Both the position numbers and the translations under genes were made by a program. A stretch of DNA of 64,000 nt from Nageia nagi (Eukaryota; Plantae; Pinophyta): contig JBITNC010000001.1 in the NCBI GenBank assembly GCA_050084985.1, positions 127,348,001 to 127,412,000 of the forward strand. Reading direction: 5' to 3'. Position 1 is the first letter of the stretch. The number at the start of each line of letters is the position of its first letter. Of the stretch, positions 52,775 through 64,000 are shown piece after piece. Below the pieces are notes generated by a model. That model saw nothing but the letters and a program-made list of their open reading frames with translations, had not been told where the DNA came from and did not search any database.

Positions 52775-55700
52775 GAATCTGTCGGTGTTAACGGATTTGA
52801 ACTCGTGACTACTGTATGTGCTAAATGCTCTAATATTAGAGTTGCATTATGCCTAGATGGGCTGAATTGGAAAATTTTAGACAAATTTTGAAACCTTAGA
52901 ATTATTTGAAGCCCTTAAAACAGGTCTGTGGAAACTGTTAGTGATTTTCAATTTTTTCTATCTAATATGGTTGGACTCGTCAATTTAGGAATTTGGAAGA
53001 AGTCTGTGTGAAGAATCTTGATATAAGCTATGAATCTGAGCGTAATTTTGTTGGAACTGGCTCGAAACTAATTTTTGAAGAGTTGGTTTTTTCAAAACTA
53101 GTCAAACATTGGATTTCTCAAATGTTGGCGCAGGTACTCTACTGCAGAGCTACTTTTTCTCTTATGCCAGCATTCTTTTCACTGAAGTATGGCTAAACCT
53201 TTTTAACATTAGACAACTCACTTTTGCGAAGTTAACATCATTATTTAATATAAAAGAGTTTTAAAGTTTTGGCGGAATGATTGCTAGTTCAAGACGCATT
53301 TTCATCCAGAACCAAAAGGTTTGTTGATTCCGGAGATCAGAAGAGTTTATCAACGGCTTTAGCAAATAGGAATAGAGAAATCTGCCAAAGGATAAAGTAT
53401 TACATTAAATACGAATGCTTGCTCTTAGGGTTGTAGGTACATTTTTTATTAGTTTAGGTTAATCAAGGTATGGGACCTCTGTACATAAGTTGAAAAGTGG
53501 AATTTGGCTATACAAAATAAAATATAACTAAATTTGTATTGTTTTTAACTTCAAGTAGATGCTGTAATTGATTGGGTATAGAGTCTTAGAAACAAATGTT
53601 AAAGCAATGTAAAAAAATGCATATAACAGCAAAAATATTCAGAAGAGACTCACAGATTTATCCAGGGAAAAAACTCTTTGGAAAAAGCCCATCAAAGCAT
53701 TAAATATGTTAGATCTCCAAAATAATTTTACCTAATATATCAGATGTCCAATGCTTTCAGTCATGGACCTATTTTCTTACTACATATATCATGATACAAT
53801 TCTCACACAACCGTGGGATTAAATAACCATTTCAATACCGGAAACCAGATGAAAAACATTGGGACCAAATTGTGGATTGTAAATACATACAATTCACCTA
53901 ACCATAGGCAATTATTGCACGCGACTCACCTACCTATGGGCAATAAATACATACGACTCACCTTATAGACATTTAAAGGTATAAACTTGAAGGTTATACT
54001 CTTGTAAAAGTAGGTCCTAAATATTTTCTTCTCAGGGTTACCACCCTGAAAACCCCTCTAGAGGAGACATCCCACCCTCGGGAAGGGTATGAAATTGCCA
54101 ACAAGTGTAACTTGCTTTATAGGTGTAATACATGCAAAGTGACAACACATATTCTAACTTAGCATGCATTTTCAAAGAGTGGAACAAAAGTGGAGATGAT
54201 AATGATATGTTAGGCATGATAATGATATGCATATAATCAATTAAACATAAGTTATTATTTGAATTTTTGATCATTAATTATCACCATGATTTGAAATATG
54301 CACACAACGAACACAAAGATTTGTTAGTATCTATTAATCATATGCCATATTTTAATTATTCAGTATGATATTTTAAGATGTGAATGTCCTAAATATTTCA
54401 CCATAGAGAGCTTCTTGTTTACTAAAAGTAGTAACAAAGTGAACTTGTTCTTTCTTGTAGGTTGTTACATGTGTATGTTATAAGATCAACTTTCTACTTG
54501 AAACTTAAAATAATAAGAAACCCCCTATTATAAAGAGTCAACATGTTCAAGCAATTCCTAATGTAGACCTAAAGGAGATGCATCCTTTTCAGCTGACATT
54601 TATATGAAACTATCCCACGAGGAAATAGATTATGGCCATCACAATCTCTCCAAGGAGAACCTACTCCAAGTTCAATGCAATTTGTGGTACTTTCCATCAA
54701 TATTCTCAAATGTTTCATGTATGGATCTTGAGCACCTTTGAGCTTAATCTAATAATCGGTAATAATAATACATCGATGATATGTGCTATGCCCCCAAGGG
54801 CATGAGGTTCATCCTTAGTACCTTTTGTTGTAATTTTACACTATTTATACCCCTTATAACTCCCTTGCACGTATTAGAACCTTGTATATGTGAAGATGCT
54901 ATTGTATGTGCATTCCCTGATTGCATTTTCATATAACATCCATTCAATATTATGGAGTCAGGAGTTAGTGTGCAAAGCTCTATGCATCCATTATACTATT
55001 GTTTATGTCATAAGAGAGATAAGACTTGAGGATTTCTTCATGTGATATTAAAACAATTGATAATGTTCCTCCTTCTCCCAAGCACAAGCTAACCTAGTGT
55101 TTGAAAAAACGGGTACTAAGTATATACGTGTTACGGGCCAAAATTTAAAAAATGTAAAATGTATGGGAAAAAGAGGAAAAAATGCGATACATTAAAACGT
55201 GAATAAATATGAGAAAAACGGATAAAAAATATGGTACTTCAAAAAAACAAAAAGCATGTAAATTTTTTATATTTTTCGAATTTTCCATAGAATATGGTTA
55301 TCTAATTGCTATAAAAGTTTCTCATATGGGCAACAACACATTCGTGACATAAATTTAAAGAAAAATAAATGATGGTTGAACTTGATCATTCATCATTATT
55401 CATATTCATATGACATTAGGCAAAAATCATAAATCATAAGTTCATAACATCGATCATCGATAATAGATATACAAAATTAAAACTGTATGTCAAATCATAA
55501 ATGTCTAATGCCCAGTGGCAACTTGCCAAGTGCTAGCAAGTACAAAAAAATAATAGTGTAATACAATGTCAATCAAGGCATTAATGGCTTCTATCCCTCT
55601 TATGTCAGCCACCAAAACTATAGGATCTACTACCACTAGGAGTGGAAGGATCGGGAGAGACTTATTTTCCTTTGCCATGAACATCCACAATAGGGAATGG

Positions 55701-58700
55701 ATCCTGCACCTCTGTGTGCACATGCTCCTTCTCCTAGGGTTGGACCTTCTCCTCCTCCACGCCTACTAATGTGCTTGTGCCTATGTCAATCTCCTCCCCC
55801 AGCTCAATCCATTCAGCTCGAAATTCCTCGTCTAAATTTTTATCTTCTATGATATCACATGAAGGTGCAACGCTATATTAGGAACCAATGGAAGATAAAT
55901 CAATGGGTTCCGCACTATCTGTCTTATGCAATTGCTTCACATACAATCACAGGTTGATGTAAATGTTCACAATAACATCCAAGCATTGCACTAACAACCT
56001 AATAACATTTAAACAAATTTTGCCATATCAATTGCAAATTGGAACATAATTGCAAATTTGCAAGAACTAAGAATCAAAATTGAAATGAATGAAATTGCTA
56101 ACCTGTTGCACCTCTTGGAGTGAATTTTTTCAAAGGCACTCCAATTGCGCTCGCATCCTGAAGAGCTACATGTTGATTGAAGATGTACAGGGCTATGTTT
56201 TGTAATTTGGGTATATTACCTCCAAAATTTGTCCACCATACATACAAAACAAATTAGAAAAAATTAAAATTGGTAAAAGCCTAAATGCATACAATAGTAA
56301 TATTAAAAAAGTAAAAAACAATAAAATGAAGTTGAACAATTTGAATTTTGAAATATTTATTATATTATTAACGAAAACCTTCATAAATTTTGTTGCAATA
56401 CTTTAAGTTTAAACTTACCTCTCTTGTAACTTCATGATCTTTCAACATTTTGGAGCTTGCTGCAAATAACAAGCTAAGGTTCAACATGGCCTCTGCTACA
56501 TGAATAGGGCGATGGAGCATGTTGTCCCGCTGCTCATCAATGATTTTCCAAAAGATGTTGAACTTGTCACCAAACTCATGATGATCATCTATATGGTCCT
56601 CATAATATTTTTTAATGCTCTCCTTGGCCCTATCCATGGCCTCATACAAGTAGCCCATAGCATGCCTATCCCCATCAACTAAGCGGAGGATGACAACAAA
56701 TGGCCCAATCATTGAACAAATCTCTTTGATCCCATTCGAAAATTCTTGCCTACCTATCAAAGCAGTCACCTTTTGGCCCTTTGGCCTCGCATTCAAGGCG
56801 GTAGAAAGCCACTCTTGAGAAAACATTGCTCGAAGCTTGAACATGCTTTTGAGAAATGATTGAAGGGAGATGAAATTAGAGGCAAATTGTGTGGCTCCTG
56901 GGCGCAACAACTCCTTACCATGGGTGTATCGCCTCATCATGCTAAGAACTATGGATTTATTATAAATGTACTCAGTGTTGACCTTTCTTGGTTAACCACC
57001 TCTCTCACTGAATCCAATTTTCCTATGTCCTCCAAAATGAGATCAATGCAATGTGTAATGCATGAAGTCCAAAAAATGGTGGGATACTTGTACATAAGTA
57101 ATTTCCTAACTACAACATAGTTTGCTATGTTGTTTGTGATCACTTGGACAACGTGCTCCACTCCCACTTCCTACACAAATTGGTCTAATAAATTGAATAA
57201 CATTTTTGAATCCTTTATTTGTGCAAATACATCAACGGATCTTATGAATATTGTTCCACGTGGACAATACACAAGGAAATTAATAAGGGTTCTACGCTTC
57301 CTGTCTCTCCACTCGTAAGACATTATGGTACAACCCATTATCTTCTAGGACTCTTTAATTGCAGACAATATGGAAAAACAAAACAAAACAACTAAAAATT
57401 AAAATACAACTCTATAAAAATTAAAATGTGAAAAACCGAAAAGTTAAAAACTGCAAGTAAAGAAATACTTAAAAAATATAATAATTAATTTTTGATGTAC
57501 CTATCAAAGCACTCTTGCTAATTGAGATCCCGCACAAGAGCACTTCTCCATAAGTGGGGGCCTTGTACCTAGCCCTGATCGCACAAACTGCATCAAATAT
57601 TGGTTGCCAATAAGGGCTCCTAGTAATATTGATTGATAACCCTTCATAATTTATATGCTTGACCACTAACAAATTTGGTTTTTTCTTCTCATTTTTGTTT
57701 AGTAAACTTGTGACAAAGTAGGGAGAGAGTCCAAGAAGTCGAGTAGCACCAGTATCAAAAGCTTGAGATTGACTATGTCTTACACTTTCAACACTAGAAA
57801 ACATCCCTGCTCCTAGCTTCATTTGAACTGCAACCTTCCTAGCCCTTCTTTGTACTGTGGAGTCCAAGTCTCTGTTTGCCACAAGAATAAGATTTGCACT
57901 TGCACTTGAGCAGACTTCCACACCTCTCCCTGTTTGTTGAGAACCATGGACTTTGAACCTATTAATCCCTCCAATGAAAATCTTTTCATACGAGTTACAT
58001 TATATCTTCCCTAGAGTACCTGGTGTGCTCCTCAAATGTGTTACATATTGCCAAAAAGGATTAAACTCCTTAAACATTTTGATTAGACTGTAGAATGCAA
58101 GAGAAATGAGGAGATCTGAATTGCAGCCCCAAAAATCTCTTCCTCTCAGCTCCAAAACACTAAATGATCTTGGACAATGCTCTCCTCATTTCTTGACTTG
58201 CTCCCCTCAACCTACAAAATGAAATGACAAAATAAGGAGGGGCCTTTTCTATTTTATCCCAAAACTGATGTTCTGTCCCTGTCAGGCTGTGAATTTGTGG
58301 TGTTCTAAATTTTTTTTTTGTTTATAAATGCATTTTTTCTGCGATCTGGCATTTTTTTCGTGTCTTTAAACCCGCATTATCGTGCCACTTTGCACGCATT
58401 ATTCATGATTTGTTTGTGTTTTTTTTACCTTTTTTGGCAATTTGAAATCAACATTTTTTAAATTTTTTTCATCTTTTGGGAGATGTTCGTGTTTTTTTGG
58501 GGAAAAAATTGTGTAAAAAAAGGTGAAAAAATCATGGGAAAAAAGTGTGGTAGTACACAGTTTTTTAGGAAAAATTCATCAGATTTTAAAATATGTGAAT
58601 ATTCAGGAATTTCATGTTTATATGGCAATTTTTTAAACACTAAACTAACCTAGTCTTTTCAGAGTTGGATGCACAAACAACCATGCAATTTAATAAAATG

Positions 58701-61700
58701 CATTCAATTATTGGAAATGAAATATAAATAGGATTTTCATATCAGAAATTTATTTTTGGTGCTAAAGAATAAGTAAAGAACTTCAGTCTCTTTAGTTTCC
58801 TTGCTTGAATTTATCTTGACTAGGGTCTCACCTATCTGCAAGCGAAGAAACCTCAGAAGGCATGTGCTCATTCTATAGAAAACATTACAAATAACAAAGG
58901 GACATTTATTTGTGATTGCAAGGTGATAAGGCACTATCTCCTCCACTTTGGTGGTTGCACCCTTGGCCTACTGTTCAAAGCTGCCTTTTTCCCTGTGGTT
59001 TTTTTTTGCATACAACAAGGTTTTCCATGTTAATCTTGTGTGCTATTTCTGGTTTAATATTTCTACCGTTTTTGTTATGGATGCTTGTTGAGTTCTAACA
59101 ATTTGTATCAGAGCTAGGTTTTCTTGGAACTTGTTTAAAGTTTTGTATGCATGAGAGCCTGTATAAGAGGTATGCATGAGAGCCTTTATACTTATGCAGG
59201 AGAAAAGCGTAATTGTCCAAAAATACCAAAAATTGTGGTTTGTCAAACACTGACAAAATCAGAATAAATGCTTATATTATCTTGAAAAAATCGGTACATA
59301 AAGCTGGTAATATTATCATGAATAAATCAGTGCATAAAAACATACTCAGGAGATCAAACATGGGAAAAATGATAAAGTGTACAACAAAAGGTCTTTTGCT
59401 CAATGGTAAAAACACTAAAGTCAGTATTTTGCAAGCTGAAAATTCATAATCAAGTTGTGAGAGTGTTTTGTTCAAGTTTATCTTATTTTCTTTGTGCACT
59501 GTTAAGTTCTTAGAAATATTGTGGAATTAGGGTTTTCCTGAGCCTTTAATATTCCTAAACTGCATCCAACCTTCTATGCAGTCTTTAAATAACTTTCTGG
59601 AATCAAGATCAGAGACATTTTGAAAGATGAATCTGTTGGTGTTAACAGATTTGAACTCGTTAATCGTGACAACTGCATGTGCTAAATTTGGACAAGTTTT
59701 AAAACAAGAGAATTATTTGAAGTCCCTACAACAGGCCTGTTGAAACTGTTAGTGATTTCCAATTTTTTCTATCTAATTTGGCTGGACTAATCAATTTAGG
59801 AATTTGGAAGAAGTCTGTGTGAAGAAGCTTTATATAAGCTGATGAATCGTAATTTTGTTGGAACTGGCTCAAAAGTAGTTTTTGAAGCATTCCAAGGCGT
59901 TTTTTCGAAACTAGTCAAACCTTGGATTTCTCGAATGTTGGTGCAGGTACTCTACTGCAGAGCTACTTGTTCTCTTATGCCAGCATTCTTTTCACTGAAG
60001 TATGGGTGAATCTTTTCAACATTAGGGAATTCACTACTGCAAATTCAACATCATTATTTAATATAAAACTGTTTTAACGATTTGGCAGAATGATTGCTAG
60101 TTCCACATGCATTATAATCCGGAACCAAAAGGTATGTTGCTTGTGGAGTTTCAGAAGAGGTTATCAACGGCTTTGGCAATTAGGAATAGAGAAATCTGAT
60201 AAGGGATAAAGTATTACATGAAATATGAACACTTGTACTTAGGGTTGTAGGTTCATTTTTTATTAGTATAGGTTAATCAAGATATGGGACCTCTGTACAT
60301 AAGTTGAAAAGTGGAATTTGGCTATATAAAAGAAAATATACCTGAATTTGTATTGTTTTTTTAACTTCGAATATACCTGAATTTGTATTGTTTTTAGACT
60401 TCAAGTAGATGCTGTAATTGCTTGGGCATAGTGTGTTAGAAACAAATGTTAAATCAATGTGAAAAAAATGCATATAACAGCAAAAATATTCACAAGAGAC
60501 ATAGCTTTATCCAGGGAAAAACTTATTTGGGAAAAAATCCAGCAAAGCACTAAATACATTAGATCTCCAAAATAGTTTTATCAAATATAATAGATGTCCG
60601 GTTCTTTCACTCATGGACCCTTTTTTTGACTGCATATATCGTGATACAATCCTCACAAAGCTGTGAGATTAAATAACCATATAAATACAAAAAACTAGCT
60701 CACGGTTTTTCAAAACAGTGGAAACAAAATTGTGAACTGTAAATACATTCGATTTACCTAACTGTAGGCAATAACTGCGTGTTACTTATCTAACTGTGGG
60801 CAATAAATACATATGACCCACCTTATAGAAATTTAAAGGTATAAACTCCAAAATTATACTCTTGTAAGAGTAGATCCCAAATATTTTCTCCTAAGGGCTA
60901 CTTCCCTTGGACCCCTCTTGAGGGGACATCCCCTCACCCAGAAGGGTATGAAGTTGCAGAAAAATGTAATTCCTTTATTGGTGTAATACATGCAAAGTTA
61001 GAACACATATCCTAATTTAGCATTCATTTTTCAAATATTGTTCAACAAAAGTGGAGATGATAATGATATGTTAGACATGAATCATGATAATGATATGCAC
61101 GTAATCAATTAAACAGAAGTTATTATTGGAAATCTTGATCATTAGTTATCAACATGATTTGAAACATGCACACAACAAAGATAAAAAATTTTTAGTACCT
61201 ATTAATCATATGCCATATTTTAAGTATTCAATATGACATATGAGATGTGAATGTCCTAAATATTTCACCATATAAAGCTTCTAGTTTACTAAAAGTAGTA
61301 ACAAAATGAACTTGTTCTTTCCTGTAGGTGGTTGCTTGTGTATGTTACAAGGTCAACTTTCTATCTGAAGCTTCAGATAATAAGAACCCGCCTATTATAA
61401 AGAGTCAGCATGCTCAAGCAGTCCCTAATGTAGGCCTAAAGATGATGCAAACTTTTCAGCTGACATGTATACGGAACTATATCCCATGAAGAACTAGATT
61501 ATAGCCATCACAATCTGTTCAAGGAGAAACTACTCTAAGTTCAATGCAGTTTGTGCTCCTTTCCATCAATATCCTCGAATGGCTCACGTATGGATCCTTA
61601 GCACCTTTGAGCTTAATCCAATAATTAGTAATAATAATACATTAATCATATATTCTATGCCCCCAAGGGCATGAAGCTCATCCTTAGGACCTTTAGTTGA

Positions 61701-62705
61701 AATTTTCCAGTACTTATACCCCTTATAACTCCCTTGCTTCTATTAGAACCTTGCATATATGCAAATACTATTGTATATGCATTACCTAGATTCCATTTTC
61801 ACGACTCCCATTCCATATTATGGAGTAGTGAGTCAGTATGCAAAGCTATATGCATCCATTATACTATTGTTTATGTCATAGAAGAAAAAGCACTCAAGGA
61901 TTTCTCCTTGTTATATTAAAACATATGATAATGTTCCTCCCTCTCCCAAGCACAAGCTAACCTAGTCTTGTCTAGAGTTGGATACACAAACAACCATGAA
62001 ATGTAATAAAATGCATTCAATTATTGGACATGAAAGATAAATAAGATTTTCATATCAGAAATTTATTTTTGGTGCTAAAGAATAATAAAAGAACGCAGTT
62101 TGTCATTCAGGCAGAGTTCTCCTTCTAACTGCTTTACTTGGATATCATTTTTGGTATCATCTTCCACGTTCAAAGGCTTATTTATGTGCACGGGTGACGG
62201 TGCAATGTATATAGAGAGTCCTATATAATTGTTGCTTGTTTAAGTCAGTTGCTATCAAAGTTTGGGTGTTTGATGCAATGGTTGGTCTTTTGATGCCAGC
62301 CTTCTTGGTCAATCTATTGGAGTGTATATATGCATCATGGTTGCAAAGATCAGGAATAAATTGTTGCTAAGAGCTAACATCATGATGTGTTAAAAGCTAA
62401 CTTTATGATGTTTTTGCATTCAAAGAGATTTATAATTAAATTTGTAAAATTGTCGAGAAATACCAAAAACCGTGGTTTGTTAAACACTGACAAAATCAGG
62501 ATAAGTGCCTATACTATATTCAAAAATCAGTGCAAAAAACTGGAAGTATTATCTTGAACAAATCTGTGCATAAAAACAGGCTCAAGAGATCAAACATGGA
62601 AAAAAAGTTAAAAGTGTACAACATAAGGTCTTTTGCTGAATGGTCAAAACACTGGAGTCAGTATATTGCAAGCTGAAAATTTGTAATCAAGTTGTGAGAG
62701 TTTTT
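52775..62705. repeat. Tandem segmental duplication (~3.1 kb unit): 52775-59470 (including the hAT) versus 59628-62705
   Basis: Colinear homology from gaatctgt.ggtgttaac.gatttgaactcgt to taatcaagttgtgagagt, apart from the hAT insertion and one non-matching ~0.4 kb block. Confidence 0.92.
55095..58642 (-). mobile_element. Full-length decayed hAT DNA transposon (BED finger/DUF659/dimerisation-type transposase)
   Basis: TIRs TAGTGTTT(G/A)AAAAA; 8-bp TSD AGCTAACC/AACTAACC. Motifs VVQVITNN.ANY, FWTSC.THCIDLILEDIG, LRLVDGD..AMGYLYEAMDRAKE, SSSGCERNWSAFE.IHSKR.N. Confidence 0.95.
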
Positions 62706-63519
62706 TGCACAATATTAAAAATCCTAGTTGAGCCAGTATTTTGGAAGCTGAAAATCTTATCAACTTGTAGGACGGTCTCCAAAAGATTTCAGATTATTGA
62801 GGTAGTTAGAGAGAACAAATGGGATTTCTGTTGTAATCTATTAAGTTGCAAGGTTCTACATAAAAAAAGAGCGGAACAAATATATAGATTGCTGTGTACC
62901 TTGTAAATAGACTGAGAGGCTGTTTCTGTAGCCTTTTTGTTCTCTGTTTATGTTGTAAGAGTAGTGACTGTAAACATTGCATGCTAACAGCATCCGAATC
63001 CTTTGGCATGCAAAGCCTGCTTCTTTTCCGAGTGTTTCAACCGTATATTTTATGTTATGGTATCTAGTTGTAATTTATATCGTATATTTTAAATTTTAGT
63101 GCTATTTATTTTGAGACTTGCTGATCACAATTTTTGCAACCATCATATATATATATTCACCTTTCAAATACTCTCTTGAGTCTTGAGTGCCACTTGCCTT
63201 TCAATGGATAGGAAGCACATCAACAAAGCAGTTAGAGAGGAAATTTAGTTTTCACCAGGATTATTACACTGAGACACTTAACCCCCTCCTTGGGAAACCT
63301 GTGCCCTTGCGTTTCCTAATTCAACACTCCTGTCGCAACTACTCCAAATACATCGACGGACAAATTTTCTCTCTATGATCTGATTTTTCAAATAAAAAAT
63401 CTAGCAATGTAGATAAAGACCATTCCATACAACAGAGTATAAAGTATAATAGAAATTATATTTATTTTTCATAACTCTGAAAAGTCCTAGAATTTTTACT
63501 AGTAAATTAATAATCTACT

Positions 63520-63630
63520 TGTCGTCCCCTTGCCGTTCCTGAGCTGTCCCATAAAATCTGGTCCCCGTCCTCTGCCATCCTCGGAAATGCATTTCTTTGA
63601 ACCCCCATACCCGATACTTGTGTAACTTGG
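63520..63630. mobile_element. Possible terminus of a non-autonomous hAT-like element
   Basis: Repeated gtccc(c) subterminal-like motifs ending in cccgatacttgtgtaacttgg; no partner end found. Confidence 0.3.
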
Positions 63631-64000
63631 TTTTCACCAATAACTAAAGCCAAAATATTTATTCAATCTGTGACACATGATTTGACTAATGACTATATGG
63701 ATGACAAATCTTATCAGACAGTGCCAAATAATAACACTTCTGGTCAACCAGTATCATAAACAATCATTTCTAGATATTATTTATTATTGTAAATGTTGTC
63801 AAATTTGAGAATTGTGTGCTATTAATCATAATTATAATTGGTGATAATGGATTCAACTACTTTTTCTATTCATGAAGCTTGTGAAGTTCAACCATGATGT
63901 TATTGATTAACTATTAATCTTGACTGGGCTGGATTAATCCTGACTTGGTGCATAGTTATTGTGTATATTTGTCATGATCATATTGCATTATTGATTATCT

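Noticed and set aside
58795-58912. H/ACA snoRNA-like two-hairpin layout
   Set aside because: No ANANNA H box at the hinge and the second hairpin is weak; not called as a feature.
62910-63030. Hairpins (ttgcatgctaa/ttggcatgcaa) as miRNA or snoRNA
   Set aside because: Stems are too short and match no family I recognise.

Overview
AT-rich, CpG-depleted plant nuclear DNA. A large-genome land plant such as a gymnosperm is inferred from the element types and decay pattern. Most of the window is decayed, nested transposable elements: five Ty1/copia copies (A, B, D, E, F) plus a solo LTR, several Ty3/gypsy remnants, an RTE-like LINE, two tRNA-derived SINEs and a full-length hAT element. The hAT sits inside one arm of a ~3 kb tandem duplication. 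The one clear host gene is a secreted A1-family (nepenthesin/AED1-like) aspartic protease at 29781-31336, with two 1-bp homopolymer frameshifts. The most notable observation is a copia lineage with a long GT-AG intron in the 5' leader, whose acceptor lies 2 nt before the gag start codon. A same-family copy at 44423-50765 lacks this intron exactly, consistent with retrotransposition of a spliced RNA. Coordinates were counted by eye and identities were not computed.
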